Below are positions 40,021-50,631 of a DNA stretch of 64,000 nt, piece after piece. The notes under the pieces are model-generated. The model searched no databases, was not told the DNA's origin, and saw only the letters and a list, made by a program, of their open reading frames with translations. Location of the stretch: assembly GCA_041917755.1 (NCBI GenBank), contig JAYRWY010000007.1, positions 266,770 to 330,769 on the forward strand. The letters are read 5' to 3'. Position 1 is the first letter of the stretch. Every line of letters starts with the position of its first letter. The translations under genes were made by a program, and so were the position numbers. Origin of the DNA: Alphaproteobacteria bacterium. Lineage in GTDB: Bacteria > Pseudomonadota > Alphaproteobacteria > UBA9219 > RGZA01.

Positions 40021-41103
40021 TCAGGCTTTGCGGGCCGGCTTTATCTTTTTAAGGCGGTAAATATAGGAAATAACCTCTGCCACCGCGCGGTAATGTTCAG
40101 ATGGCACTTCTTGGTCTATTTCAACCGTCGCATACAAGGCGCGCGCTAGTGGCGGGTTCGTAACAATTGGGATGGTATGTTTGTCCGCGACCTCGCGAAT
40201 TCTTAAAGCAATGATATCCTGTCCTTTGGCCAACAGAACCGGGGCCTGCATTTTGGCCGGGTCATATTTCAAGGCGACCGCAAAGTGGGTGGGGTTGGTA
40301 ATGACCACATCGGCCTTGGGTACAGCGGCCATCATGCGCTTTCTGGCCTTTTCCTGACGAATTTGTCTCAGGCGTCCTTTGACATGCGGGTCACCTTCCG
40401 ATTGTCGGTTTTCGTCTTTGACCTCTTGCTTGGTCATGCGCATATTTTTGAAATAGGTGAAGCGCTGATAAACCAGATCAATCATCGCGATAACGGTGAA
40501 TACCAAAAACACCGAAAAAATGATATGTATTGAAAGATTATAAGTTGATTTGATCAAATCATCATTGCTGATACCTGTCATGCTTTCAGACTGATGATAG
40601 ATGGGGGTGATCAAGATAAACGCAACCGTACCCACCACGAGAATTTTGCCAATACTCTTCAATAGTTCAACCAGCGAATTGACTGAAAACAACCGCTTTA
40701 TTCCAGCAAGTGGGCTTAACCGTTCCCATTTGAGTTTGATCAGGCTTGGGTTAAAGAAAATCCCAGTTTGAACAATCCAGCCTAAAACTCCCATCACCAT
40801 CAGCAAGGATACAATCGACATCACGACGGGGCCAAATGCCCCCAATATATACAGATAGACGGATTGATACCCGCCATTATCCATTCGAATTTCGCCGGAT
40901 TTTTCTAGAATAGCAGTCAGCGGTGTCATCATTGTTCGCCCCAACATCGGGAACAACACCATCACGCACATCACAATCCCAAGCAGTAATGTCCATGTCG
41001 CAACGTCGCGGCTTATAGGTAAGTTACCCTGTTCGCGCGCTTCATTTAATCGTTTGGCGGTGGGGTCTTCGGTTTTTTGACTGTCATCATCATCTTCGGC
41101 CAT
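40021..41103 (-). CDS. flhB: flagellar export apparatus protein FlhB
   Basis: NPTH autocleavage motif and four transmembrane helices; 360 aa. Confidence 0.9.
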   Translation of the reverse strand: MAEDDDDSQKTEDPTAKRLNEAREQGNLPISRDVATWTLLLGIVMCVMVLFPMLGRTMMTPLTAILEKSGEIRMDNGGYQSVYLYILGAFGPVVMSIVSLLMVMGVLGWIVQTGIFFNPSLIKLKWERLSPLAGIKRLFSVNSLVELLKSIGKILVVGTVAFILITPIYHQSESMTGISNDDLIKSTYNLSIHIIFSVFLVFTVIAMIDLVYQRFTYFKNMRMTKQEVKDENRQSEGDPHVKGRLRQIRQEKARKRMMAAVPKADVVITNPTHFAVALKYDPAKMQAPVLLAKGQDIIALRIREVADKHTIPIVTNPPLARALYATVEIDQEVPSEHYRAVAEVISYIYRLKKIKPARKA

Positions 41104-41114
41104 GGCAATAGTCC

Positions 41115-41906
41115 TTAGATGCCAGGGGAGATATTGAAGATACGCATGAAGATATCTTCATATCCTTTGCCCCACACGCTCATCATGGTGCCGATGGATG
41201 CAGCAAAGATGGCAAGTCCAAACACAATTTGCAGTGGCGCAAGGACGAAGAAAATTTGCATTTGAGGAATCATCTTCACCATCAGGCCGCCGGTTAACTG
41301 GAATACGATGCCTAAAATCATAAATGGCGCCACAAGTCGCAGCGCAAGCGAGAAACTATCATTCACGCTTTGAGAAATAAAATGGGTCATATCACCGATG
41401 GCAACAAATGCCCCTGGCTTAAAGATATCGTAGCTGTGCACAAATGCCTTCAACGTCATATCCAGAAGTCCGCTTTCAAACAGCAATACAACCCCTAGCA
41501 GGCCGAGTAATGTACCCGGAATAGAGCCTTGGCTTTGAATAGTTGGGTTCATGACCATGGCATTGGATAAACCAATTTGCAGTGCAATCAGCATTCCTGC
41601 CACTTCCAGAGTGCTCAGCAACAGGCGCATGATAAAGCCGATGAAGAGGCCGCTGGCAATTTCAATTAAGATATATTCAGTTACCCGCATGGGATTATCG
41701 GGCATAGCTGGAAGTTGTGGCGAGAGTAATGGCAGTAAGATCAGGCTAACCAATAAGGCTAGTTGCAGACGTATCCGCGCGGGCACATACGGATCGCCGA
41801 TGCCTGGCATGACCATGAATATGCAGCCAATACGACAAAAAACGAGGAGAAAAGCGAACACATTGCCACTGACTAGGTTCGCAAGATCAATGGACATCAC
41901 GCCCAC
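41115..41906 (-). CDS. fliR: flagellar export apparatus protein FliR
   Basis: Polytopic FliR profile; operon position. Confidence 0.85.
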   Translation of the reverse strand: MGVMSIDLANLVSGNVFAFLLVFCRIGCIFMVMPGIGDPYVPARIRLQLALLVSLILLPLLSPQLPAMPDNPMRVTEYILIEIASGLFIGFIMRLLLSTLEVAGMLIALQIGLSNAMVMNPTIQSQGSIPGTLLGLLGVVLLFESGLLDMTLKAFVHSYDIFKPGAFVAIGDMTHFISQSVNDSFSLALRLVAPFMILGIVFQLTGGLMVKMIPQMQIFFVLAPLQIVFGLAIFAASIGTMMSVWGKGYEDIFMRIFNISPGI

Positions 41907-41909
41907 CCA

Positions 41910-42182
41910 TTACGACTGTCCAAACGACACGATGCGTGCAAACAGGCCTTCGGTATAGGTTGCAAGGCTGGTGAGCATATAGGGCAACATCAACAGCAGT
42001 CCAATTGACATCACCAGAAGCTTTGGGACAAAAGCCAGTGTCGCTTCTTGAATTTGCGTAACGGTTTGAATAAGGGAGATAACGACACCGATAATCAATC
42101 CTACAATCAGCAAGGGCCCGCCAACCCGCAGCATGACCATAATGGATTCACGTGCAATATCGATAATATCGGATTCGTTCAC
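41910..42182 (-). CDS. fliQ: flagellar export apparatus protein FliQ
   Basis: 90 aa with two transmembrane helices and the FliQ motif. Confidence 0.9.
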   Translation of the reverse strand: MNESDIIDIARESIMVMLRVGGPLLIVGLIIGVVISLIQTVTQIQEATLAFVPKLLVMSIGLLLMLPYMLTSLATYTEGLFARIVSFGQS

Positions 42183-42237
42183 TGCGGCGGCTTCCCGAAC
42201 AAGGATTTATAACTAGAACTACGGATTAAAGACTAAC

Positions 42238-42552
42238 CTAAACGGCGCTGCGCATCAATTCCTGATATGCGGCAATTACGCGGTCGCGAATGGTAACCAC
42301 GGTTTGCAACGCAACTTCAGCAGAGCTGACGGCGGTGATAACTTCGTTGATGCTGGCCTTGCCCTGTACAGCCGCGAGCGAGACTTTTTCGGATTTGTGC
42401 ATGCTGTCCACGGTATTGCCAAGCATGTTACCAAGGATATCACCAAATTGTGCGCCACTGGCTGGGCTGGCTGCACCTGCATCAGCACCTTCATCCAGTG
42501 CTTTAAGCGTATTGCGGTAGGACTTTAAAACTTCGCCAACATTCAAAACCAT
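42238..42552 (-). CDS. fliE: flagellar hook-basal body protein FliE
   Basis: 104 aa with FliE C-terminal helices. Confidence 0.8.
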   Translation of the reverse strand: MVLNVGEVLKSYRNTLKALDEGADAGAASPASGAQFGDILGNMLGNTVDSMHKSEKVSLAAVQGKASINEVITAVSSAEVALQTVVTIRDRVIAAYQELMRSAV

Positions 42553-42582
42553 GGTCTATCCCCTTAATATCCTTTGCTAGGA

Positions 42583-43002
42583 TTATCCTCTTAAAATATC
42601 CAGCGCTCTGGCCAGCATACTCTTCATCGTATCAATCACACTCAAGTTCGCTTCGTAGCTGCGTTGTGCTTCCTTCATATCGATGCTTTCGATAAGTGGC
42701 TTCACATTGGGCTTGAGTACATATCCTTCAGCATTCGCTGCCGGATGCTGAGGATTGAATTCTTTCACAAATGGCGATGCATCATTTGTTACTGATGCTA
42801 CCTTCACTGTTGATAAGCCTGATGCATTATCCAGTACTTCTTTAAACACAATCTGGCGACGGCGATATGGTTCGGCCCCTGGTGAAAGTCCTGTGCTGTT
42901 AGCGTTGGCAATGTTCTCAGCAATGATGCGCAAACGCTCGCCTTGTACACGCATACCTGCGGTGGCAACTTTAAATACATCTGCAAAATCAGTGCTACGC
43001 AT
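42583..43002 (-). CDS. flgC: flagellar rod protein FlgC
   Basis: Conserved N-terminus (MRVQGERLRIIAENIANANST). Confidence 0.9.
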   Translation of the reverse strand: MRSTDFADVFKVATAGMRVQGERLRIIAENIANANSTGLSPGAEPYRRRQIVFKEVLDNASGLSTVKVASVTNDASPFVKEFNPQHPAANAEGYVLKPNVKPLIESIDMKEAQRSYEANLSVIDTMKSMLARALDILRG

Positions 43003-43004
43003 GA

Positions 43005-43412
43005 TTATGCTCCACCTCTACCCAGCGCGGTCTTAAGCAATGACAGTGTCTTTTTATAAAGACTGGTCATCATTTGATATTGCGCGGTGGTGTCAGACAT
43101 TTGGCTTAATTGTTGTTCCAAAACGACGGCATTGCCTGATGGTTTAACTTCGTACAAATCGGATTCTTTTTTAGTTCTAACCAATCCACTTGTTGTGCCA
43201 CCCATCATGTGTTTTGGGTTGGTCGCGGCAAGCTGGAAACCCGAGTTATTTGCAAACTGGGTTTTTTGTAAAACTTCATCAAAACTGACGACATCTTTTG
43301 GCTTATAATTTGGCGTATTGGCTTGCGCAATATTTTGCGCGATGACGCCCTGACGTTGGGTCAGATAATCCATTTTCTCGGAAATCAGCGAAAATAAATT
43401 TGTAAGTGCCAT
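43005..43412 (-). CDS. flgB: flagellar rod protein FlgB
   Basis: Conserved N-terminus (QRQGVIAQNIAQANTPNYK). Confidence 0.85.
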   Translation of the reverse strand: MALTNLFSLISEKMDYLTQRQGVIAQNIAQANTPNYKPKDVVSFDEVLQKTQFANNSGFQLAATNPKHMMGGTTSGLVRTKKESDLYEVKPSGNAVVLEQQLSQMSDTTAQYQMMTSLYKKTLSLLKTALGRGGA

Positions 43413-43591
43413 CTGCCTATTCTCCTGAACTTTGCCCGGTTTACCCTTGGGCTAAGCCCTCGCTGTCAAACTCTACAATGCGTCTACGCGGCTTAATAAT
43501 ACGTAAAGGTTTATCCAATTCATATCTTTGCAATAACCGTTCCAACTTCGTAACTACATTGATGTGATTCATAAATCTCTGCCCAAACCAT

Positions 43592-43607
43592 TGCAGAGCG
43601 CGTGCCA
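43592..43607 (-). promoter_or_regulatory. putative sigma-54 promoter upstream of flgB-flgC-fliE-fliQ-fliR-flhB
   Basis: Reverse complement TGGCACgcgctcTGCA with GG-N10-GC spacing, about 180 nt upstream of the flgB ATG. Confidence 0.4.
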
Positions 43608-43700
43608 AGTACGGCATGCGGCGTGCAAAGCATGCATATCGGGGTATGCACCCCCAAATCGTTAACGATTTAATAACCGTTATCCGGAGTATGCTGGTTT

Positions 43701-44042
43701 ATGCCGATTGATTTGACCTATGGCGAAGAGAAAAAACAGCCGGAAAAGGCTGTAAAAACTGCCGTTGCCATAGAGGGCGGCAGCAACCCCAATAGTTTGC
43801 CACGGGTCATTGCTACTGGGCGGGGCTTATTAGCTGAACAGATTCTGCGACTAGCTTTTGAAAATGATATCAAAGTACGCCAAGATAATGATCTGGTTGA
43901 GCTTCTGGCGATGCTTGACTTGGACCATCACATTCCTGCCGAGGCTGTAATCGCCGTGGCGGAAGTTCTTGCCCGGGTGTTTGAAGCAAATTCTGCACTT
44001 GGTAAATCACCATCGCCGGGGGGAGAGTCCCAGTCAGTATGA
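43701..44042 (+). CDS. FlhB C-terminal-domain-like small protein (EscU/YscU/FlhB family)
   Basis: 113 aa with the FlhB cytoplasmic-domain pattern (VIATGRGLLAEQILRLAFENDIKV). Confidence 0.6.
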   Translation: MPIDLTYGEEKKQPEKAVKTAVAIEGGSNPNSLPRVIATGRGLLAEQILRLAFENDIKVRQDNDLVELLAMLDLDHHIPAEAVIAVAEVLARVFEANSALGKSPSPGGESQSV

Positions 44043-44374
44043 GCGCAACATTTGATCCATCGGGTTTTAACCCAGGCGAAGAGCTAGAAGCCCTGCGCTT
44101 AGCATTAGAGGCCAGCGAACGTGTCGTGCGCGAAGGCGGATTGATCGATCTTCGCGATCTGGATGAACAGGTTGCCTATCTGTGTTCCGAAGTTATCAAG
44201 ACGGATGGCCCGGTTCGCTTGCAACTACTTCCCAAACTTGAAGCCGTCATTCAAGTTCTGGATAATCTGGAAATTATTCTGCGCAAACACATGCCGCAAG
44301 AAGAATCTCAGGCACCCAATCGCTTGCGTGCCAATCAGGCTTATGGCGCGCCATCAACCCAAAAGGGGAATTAG
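44039..44374 (+). CDS. hypothetical flagellar-cluster protein
   Basis: 111 aa, ATGA-coupled to the upstream gene and followed by fliO. No family recognised. Confidence 0.35.
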   Translation: MSATFDPSGFNPGEELEALRLALEASERVVREGGLIDLRDLDEQVAYLCSEVIKTDGPVRLQLLPKLEAVIQVLDNLEIILRKHMPQEESQAPNRLRANQAYGAPSTQKGN

Positions 44375-44376
44375 CG

Positions 44377-44679
44377 TTGCCTGAAGATATGTTGGCCCGC
44401 ATGCTCGTTTCCCTTGGTCTGGTACTAGGCCTTTTGGCGGCATTGACATGGGCGCTTAAAAAATATGGCGCTAAGCTTGGGTTACCGATGGCCATCAAGC
44501 AAGGCAAGACCCGCATCCAAATGGTCGATGTTACTCCGCTGGACGCACGTCACCGTCTGGTCTTGATCCGCAGAGATAAGGTTGAACATCTTATACTATT
44601 GGGCGGCACACAGCCCGTTGTGGTAGAAACCAATATTCCGCATGTTGCAGTGAATGAGACGTCAAATGAAAAAAAATAG
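44377..44679 (+). CDS. fliO: flagellar biosynthesis protein FliO
   Basis: 100 aa with a single transmembrane helix; immediately precedes fliP. Confidence 0.6.
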   Translation: MPEDMLARMLVSLGLVLGLLAALTWALKKYGAKLGLPMAIKQGKTRIQMVDVTPLDARHRLVLIRRDKVEHLILLGGTQPVVVETNIPHVAVNETSNEKK

Positions 44680-45430
44680 CCCAATATTGAAATGCTTGCC
44701 GGTTATCCTTGCTATACTCATGGGGATGATATGCGTAGCGTTTCCTGCTGCTGCGCAAAGTATTAATTTAAACGTCGGCGGCCAAGAAGGTGGCTCAACT
44801 GCATCGCAGGTTATCCAGCTGGTGATGCTCATCACCGTACTGTCACTTGCGCCATCTATCTTGATGATGGTGACCTCTTTTGTACGCATCGTTGTTTCAC
44901 TGTCATTGTTGCGTACAGCTCTTGGTTTACAACAAACCCCACCCAATACCGTAATTATCAGTCTGGCAATGTTTTTGACCTTTTTCATTATGGCACCAAC
45001 CTTCAACAAGGCCTATGACCAGGGCATCAAGCCGTTGATGGCTGAAAAAATCAAAGAAGAAGATGCGGTCAAGCTTACTGCGCAACCTTTTCACGATTTT
45101 ATGATGCGTTATGTCCGCGATAAGGATTTAAAGTTGTTTGCCGATATGGCGAAAATGCCGCCCGCTACAAAAGTAGAAGAAGTTCCCTATCATGTGCTCA
45201 TACCTGCATTCATGATTTCAGAGCTGCGTCGTGCGTTCGAAATCGGCTTTTTGTTATTCTTACCATTCCTGATTATCGATATGGTCGTGTCATCTATTCT
45301 GATGGCCATGGGCATGATGATGCTACCGCCCTCGGTGGTGGCGCTGCCGTTCAAGATTATTTTCTTTGTGCTTGTCGATGGCTGGTATTTGGTCGTTGGT
45401 TCGCTCGTAAAAAGCTACGGGCTTTCCTGA
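44666..45430 (+). CDS. fliP: flagellar export apparatus protein FliP
   Basis: Signal peptide followed by a conserved FliP core (VVSLSLLRTALGLQQTPPN). Confidence 0.9.
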   Translation: MKKNSPILKCLPVILAILMGMICVAFPAAAQSINLNVGGQEGGSTASQVIQLVMLITVLSLAPSILMMVTSFVRIVVSLSLLRTALGLQQTPPNTVIISLAMFLTFFIMAPTFNKAYDQGIKPLMAEKIKEEDAVKLTAQPFHDFMMRYVRDKDLKLFADMAKMPPATKVEEVPYHVLIPAFMISELRRAFEIGFLLFLPFLIIDMVVSSILMAMGMMMLPPSVVALPFKIIFFVLVDGWYLVVGSLVKSYGLS

Positions 45431-45431
45431 A

Positions 45432-47018
45432 CTACGCTTTTTTCCAACGCAACACAGGCTGACGTGCCGCACGCGTTTCATCCAAACGCCGGCGCGGCGT
45501 GGTGGTTGGCGCACTCAAGAACATTTCCTTGTTGTTCGATGTTTTGGCTGCTATCGCAAGTTCACGCATGGTTGCGATATATGCATCCAGCGTTGGCTTG
45601 CTTTCAGTTTCGGTTGGCTCAATCAGGAATGCGCCATGCACGACCAACGGGAAATACATCGTCATGGGGTGATAGCCACGGTCAAGCAGGGCCTTGGCAA
45701 TGTCCAAGGTTGTTACGCCTGTATCTTTCAAGAAGCTATCATCGAATAATGCTTCATGCATGCATGGGCCTTGGAAAGGCGCACTCATGACGTCTTTGAG
45801 GCTAGCCAGAATGTAGTTTGCGTTGAGCACGGAATCGCTGGCCACCTGATATAATCCATCTGCGCCGTGGCTGAGGATATAGGTAAGCGCTCTGGTGAAC
45901 ATGCCCATTTGTCCATGGAATGCCTTGAGGCGACCAAAAGGCTTGACGTTGCTATCAGCGGGATTGGTTTGTTCAACAAGACTCAGTTTACCTGCTTCAA
46001 CCTTCACATAAGGAAGAGGAACATAAGCAGCCAAACGGTCGGAAAATACAACCGGTCCACTACCAGGTCCGCCACCACCGTGGGGCGTCGAGAACGTTTT
46101 ATGCAGATTGATATGCATGGCATCAATGCCCAAATCTGCTGGGCGAACACGGCCAACAATGGCGTTATAGTTTGCTCCATCGCCATAGAAATATGCGCCA
46201 ACCTTATGTACAGCATCCGCAATTTCAACGATTTCGCTTTCAAACAATCCGCATGTATTGGGATTGGTCAACATAATGGCTGCAACGTTGTTATCCAGCT
46301 TCGCAATCAATGCTTCGCGGTCAACGCGGCCGCGTGCGTTTGCAGGAATGGATACAACCGTGAAGCCCAGTGCCGCAGCTGTTGCAGGGTTGGTGCCGTG
46401 TGCAGATTCAGGAACCAAAACTATTTTTCTGTCTTCGCCGCGTGCACGCAGTGCTGCTTTAATGGCTGCCATTCCGCAGAATTCACCATGCGCGCCCGCC
46501 GCAGGCGCAAGTGTCAACGCTTTCATGCCCGTCAAGGTAAGAAGCCAATGCGACAATTCCTGCATCACGCTAATCGCGCCTTGTACGGTTGACTGCGGTT
46601 GCAGCGGATGAACATCACTAAATCCGGGAAGCCGTGCCATCTTTTCATTCAGGCGCGGGTTGTGTTTCATGGTGCAGGAGCCAAGTGGATAGAACGTACT
46701 ATCAATCCCGAAATTCTTTTGTGAAAGGCGCGTGTAGTGGCGAACCATTTGCGGTTCAGAAACGCCAGGCAAACCAATTTCACTGCGTGGTTTTAATGCG
46801 CCAATCCGAAGTGCCGTTTTGGGCACATCAGGCAAATCAACGCCGCAACGACCCGGTTCATCCATTTCAAAAATTAATGGTTCTTCATGAACCATACCGC
46901 GGTGTTGTTCGCTTGGCGCTGCGGGTGCGGGTGAGGTTTTTCGGCCTTCATTGACCATGGGGATGTTCCTGTTTGGTTGTTCGATGCTTGAAACTTTTAC
47001 GGCTGCGTTGCTGCTCAT
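45432..47018 (-). CDS. gcvPB: glycine dehydrogenase (decarboxylating) subunit 2
   Basis: PLP-dependent P-protein C-terminal half. ATGA overlap with gcvPA. Confidence 0.9.
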   Translation of the reverse strand: MSSNAAVKVSSIEQPNRNIPMVNEGRKTSPAPAAPSEQHRGMVHEEPLIFEMDEPGRCGVDLPDVPKTALRIGALKPRSEIGLPGVSEPQMVRHYTRLSQKNFGIDSTFYPLGSCTMKHNPRLNEKMARLPGFSDVHPLQPQSTVQGAISVMQELSHWLLTLTGMKALTLAPAAGAHGEFCGMAAIKAALRARGEDRKIVLVPESAHGTNPATAAALGFTVVSIPANARGRVDREALIAKLDNNVAAIMLTNPNTCGLFESEIVEIADAVHKVGAYFYGDGANYNAIVGRVRPADLGIDAMHINLHKTFSTPHGGGGPGSGPVVFSDRLAAYVPLPYVKVEAGKLSLVEQTNPADSNVKPFGRLKAFHGQMGMFTRALTYILSHGADGLYQVASDSVLNANYILASLKDVMSAPFQGPCMHEALFDDSFLKDTGVTTLDIAKALLDRGYHPMTMYFPLVVHGAFLIEPTETESKPTLDAYIATMRELAIAAKTSNNKEMFLSAPTTTPRRRLDETRAARQPVLRWKKA

Positions 47019-48364
47019 GCGCGGCACTCCTTTTCCAATGCGTTCGCCAAGGCCTCGATATGTTCTGGAGTGGTAGTTTCAGTAACTGCCACAAGCAAGA
47101 TATTGCGTAACTCAGACGATCCATCCAGACGGCTTGCTGGCACGCCGGCTAAAATCTTTTGCGCGGCAAGGCGTTCCACAACCTCAGCGGCTGGTTTTGG
47201 TAACTCAACCGCAAATTCATTAAAGAAGCTGTCATTCAATACCTTGATACCGGAAACCTTGCTCAGTCGTTCGGCAGTTTGTACGGCCAACGCATGGTTC
47301 AGATGGCTTAGTTTTTTAAGGCCATCCTCGCCCAGTAAGGTGAGGTGCATCGTAAAGGCCAAGGCGCATAAGCCGGAATTGGTACAGATATTACTGGTCG
47401 CTTTTTCACGGCGGATATGTTGCTCGCGTGTTGAAAGGGTGAGCACAAAGCCGCGTTTACCTTCGGCATCTACGGTTTGACCGCAAATACGTCCTGGCAT
47501 TTGGCGAATATATTCATCCTTGGTTGCAAATAAACCAACATAAGGTCCGCCAAAGTTCAGGCCATTACCAATGGATTGACCTTCGCAAACGACAATATCT
47601 GCGCCCATGCTGCCGGGGGATGGTAATAAGCCCAATGACACGACTTCGGTTACCACCACAATCAATAATGCGCCATGTTTATGACATGCATCAGCAATCG
47701 CACTGACATCATGAACGCGGCCCCACACATCGGGTGTCTGGACAACCACGCATGATGTTTGGGCAGAAATTTTATCAACCAGATTTTCAGTTTGTTTGAC
47801 GGTTGCCGGCAGGCTTTCAACCTTAAATCCACTTAAATCAGCGTGTGTATTTACGACATCGCGGTAATGTGGGTGAAGCCCGCCAGATAAAATTGCATGA
47901 TCGCGTTTGGTAACACGGTTAGCCATCATCACGGCTTCAACGGTACCCGTTGAACCATCATACATGGACGCATTGGCAATCGGCATGCCAGTGAGCATCG
48001 ATACCTGTGTTTGGAATTCAAACAGATATTGCAGTGTTCCTTGGCTCACTTCTGGTTGATAGGGAGTGTAGGAGGTGAGGAATTCGCCCCGGGATAACAA
48101 TTGGTCAACCGAAGCTGGCACATGGTGGCGATAGGCTCCTGCGCCACAAAAGAAAGGTGCGCTGCCTGCTGAAATATTCTGGTTAGCAAGATTTGCTAAT
48201 TGCCGTTCAACTTCCATTTCACTTTTATGGTTTGGAAGTGTGCTGATGGGGCCTTTCAGGCGCGCAGAGGCAGGCACATCTTTGAATAATTCATCAACGG
48301 ATGAAACCCCGATGGTCTGCAACATGTCGCTGCGATCTTTGGCGGTGAGCGGTAAATAACGCAT
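47015..48364 (-). CDS. gcvPA: glycine dehydrogenase (decarboxylating) subunit 1
   Basis: P-protein N-terminal half; operon context. Confidence 0.9.
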   Translation of the reverse strand: MRYLPLTAKDRSDMLQTIGVSSVDELFKDVPASARLKGPISTLPNHKSEMEVERQLANLANQNISAGSAPFFCGAGAYRHHVPASVDQLLSRGEFLTSYTPYQPEVSQGTLQYLFEFQTQVSMLTGMPIANASMYDGSTGTVEAVMMANRVTKRDHAILSGGLHPHYRDVVNTHADLSGFKVESLPATVKQTENLVDKISAQTSCVVVQTPDVWGRVHDVSAIADACHKHGALLIVVVTEVVSLGLLPSPGSMGADIVVCEGQSIGNGLNFGGPYVGLFATKDEYIRQMPGRICGQTVDAEGKRGFVLTLSTREQHIRREKATSNICTNSGLCALAFTMHLTLLGEDGLKKLSHLNHALAVQTAERLSKVSGIKVLNDSFFNEFAVELPKPAAEVVERLAAQKILAGVPASRLDGSSELRNILLVAVTETTTPEHIEALANALEKECRA

Positions 48365-48421
48365 GGTCTGTTCCTTATGGGGATAAAAAATACGCGAACA
48401 AAAAAACAGAAAAAACGGTAA

Positions 48422-48787
48422 TTAGCCGCCTGTATGTTTTTTATAAGCCGTTGCATCCATCAAGCCATCCAGCTCTGCCTTATTGCTAAGCTTGAGTTTG
48501 AAAAACCAGCCCGTGTCTTCTGGACTGCTGTTAATCAACGATGGATCATTCTTAAGGTTATCGTTCACCGCAATTACTTCGCCAGACAATGGCGCGTAGA
48601 CATCGGATGCTGCTTTTACTGATTCAACAACAGCGGCCTGTTTGCCTTGGGCTACTTGCTTGCCGGTTTCAGGAAGTTCAACGAATACGATATCGCCAAG
48701 TGCGCCTTGCGCATAATCGGTAATACCGATGATGGCCACATCACCTTCAAGGCGAACCCATTCATGGTCTTTGCTAAATTTCATCAT
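48422..48787 (-). CDS. gcvH: glycine cleavage system H protein
   Basis: Lipoyl-lysine motif (ESVKAASD). Confidence 0.9.
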   Translation of the reverse strand: MMKFSKDHEWVRLEGDVAIIGITDYAQGALGDIVFVELPETGKQVAQGKQAAVVESVKAASDVYAPLSGEVIAVNDNLKNDPSLINSSPEDTGWFFKLKLSNKAELDGLMDATAYKKHTGG

Positions 48788-49923
48788 GACATTTTTCCTT
48801 TGTTAATATAGCGGTGGGGGACAAATGGTAATGGGGTAATGCGTGCAGACAGGGCGCGGCCACGAACAATAAGCTGAAGCTTTGTGCCATTCACGGCAAG
48901 GTGCTTATCGACATAACCCATGGCAATCGGCTTTTGCAGGGTAGGGCTGAATCCGCCACTGGTTACTTCGCCAACTTTTTCACCCTTCATATTCTGAATT
49001 TCAGTGCCTTCACGTGCTGGGGCTTTATCTTCAACCATTATTCCAACACGGGAGCGTTCAGGCAGGTTTAACAACTCAGATTCCAGAATTGCCGCACCGG
49101 CAAACTCACCTTCTGATAGGCGAGCCTTGTTTACCACCCACTTCAGACCCGCTTCTACTGGGGTCGTTTTTTCATTCAATTCATGTCCGTAGAGGCACAG
49201 TCCTGCTTCAAGGCGAAGGGTATCACGCGCACCTAACCCGATTGGCTTTACATCCGCATCCTGCATCAAAATATTAACCAGCGTCTCGGTGCTTTGTGGC
49301 TCAACCGATAATTCAAAGCCATCTTCACCTGTATAACCAGACCGCATCAACAATACCGGAATACCGGAAATTTTTGTCCATGTGGAATTCATAAAACCAA
49401 GTCTTTCAATAACATCGGTATCAGCAAGTGAGCGGATAACATCCGCAGCGTGCGGACCTTGCAGTGCAATTAAATCGCGGTTGACCAGTTCAATCAAATT
49501 GCTCGGCAGTTTGCCACGAATAATTGCAAGATCATGTTCCTTGCGTGATGCGTTTACGATGACCCATAAATCATAACCTGTGTCTGGTCGCACAATAATC
49601 AGGTCATCAATCACACCGCCCCATTCGTTGAGCAATGTTGAATAACGCATCTGACCAGGCTTGAGGCTCTGCACATCGCTGGGCACATGTTTTTCGAGTG
49701 CCGCAACCGCCTCGCTGCCGCGCAATACAATTTGACCCATATGCGACACATCAAATAATCCGGCATGAGTGCGTGTGTGCAGATGTTCGGTCATAATGCC
49801 GGTTGGATACTGGATGGGCATTTCATAGCCAGCAAATTCTACCATCTTCGCGCCTTGCGAAAGGTGCCAGTTATAAAGGGATGTGCGGCGCGGTGTGGAA
49901 GCTGCTTGTGCGGTTGCGGTCAT
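48784..49923 (-). CDS. gcvT: glycine cleavage system aminomethyltransferase T
   Basis: GcvT fold motifs (LFDVSHMG...). Confidence 0.9.
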   Translation of the reverse strand: MTATAQAASTPRRTSLYNWHLSQGAKMVEFAGYEMPIQYPTGIMTEHLHTRTHAGLFDVSHMGQIVLRGSEAVAALEKHVPSDVQSLKPGQMRYSTLLNEWGGVIDDLIIVRPDTGYDLWVIVNASRKEHDLAIIRGKLPSNLIELVNRDLIALQGPHAADVIRSLADTDVIERLGFMNSTWTKISGIPVLLMRSGYTGEDGFELSVEPQSTETLVNILMQDADVKPIGLGARDTLRLEAGLCLYGHELNEKTTPVEAGLKWVVNKARLSEGEFAGAAILESELLNLPERSRVGIMVEDKAPAREGTEIQNMKGEKVGEVTSGGFSPTLQKPIAMGYVDKHLAVNGTKLQLIVRGRALSARITPLPFVPHRYINKGKMS

Positions 49924-49945
49924 GACTGCCCTGATGTTCTATATG

Positions 49946-50533
49946 TTATTGAGGTGTGGGTTCGGCAATTTGTGAAAAATACGCCATATTCGCTTTAAGT
50001 TGTTCCGCGCTGAGCTGGAAACCAATCAACACTTGGTACTTTGAAGGATCCTGATCGGTAGGGATGCCAATATTTGGATTAACTGGAACAGTCAGTTGCA
50101 GTTGGCGGCTATTGTCACGGAATACAATTGGGATTTCATAGACTTCTTTTTTCAGCACATTGTCATTGGCATCAACAATAGAAACCGAGAACGGCATTGC
50201 TGCTCGCTTTCCTGCGGTATTGGCGCCCCGGATGGCCACAACATCAAATGATGTTTGCGCCAGTGGGTCAGCAACGCCATTCCCATCTTCATCGGTTTTA
50301 CAATTGTTGTTTACATTACCCATGCGCGCACTGATAACCAGATTGCTTTCATCGGCGGCGGCTGGGTGCTGGTAAACGGATAAATCACGGACAATGGCAA
50401 TGGTGGGGCATCCACCTGCGGTTACTATGGGTGTCGCACTTGGCCCATCGGAGCTGCAAGCGGTTAGCGTACCCAATGTAATGGTCAGCAATCCGATAAA
50501 AAGGGCAGGGCTTTTAGCATAATGACGCGTCAT
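49946..50533 (-). CDS. hypothetical lipoprotein
   Basis: Lipobox (TLTACSS). Lies 22 nt upstream of gcvT on the same strand. Confidence 0.5.
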   Translation of the reverse strand: MTRHYAKSPALFIGLLTITLGTLTACSSDGPSATPIVTAGGCPTIAIVRDLSVYQHPAAADESNLVISARMGNVNNNCKTDEDGNGVADPLAQTSFDVVAIRGANTAGKRAAMPFSVSIVDANDNVLKKEVYEIPIVFRDNSRQLQLTVPVNPNIGIPTDQDPSKYQVLIGFQLSAEQLKANMAYFSQIAEPTPQ

Positions 50534-50631
50534 GTTTGGCCTGATGAAATGAGTAATCGCTCAAGCCAAAAAAATTATATGGGAAATGCCCAAGAGTCCA
50601 TGGATTTAGAAGGGGTATGCCTGTGGATAAC

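Noticed and set aside
45867-46954. Plus-strand ORFs of 241, 117 and 106 aa overlapping gcvPB
   Set aside because: Antisense to a highly conserved gene. No ribosome-binding site and Cys/Arg-rich composition typical of shadow ORFs.
49924-49945. Looked for a glycine riboswitch upstream of gcvT
   Set aside because: Only 22 nt separate gcvT from the upstream lipoprotein gene. Neither that gap nor the region upstream of the lipoprotein gene contains the GGAGAG ... CACCG-type conserved cores.
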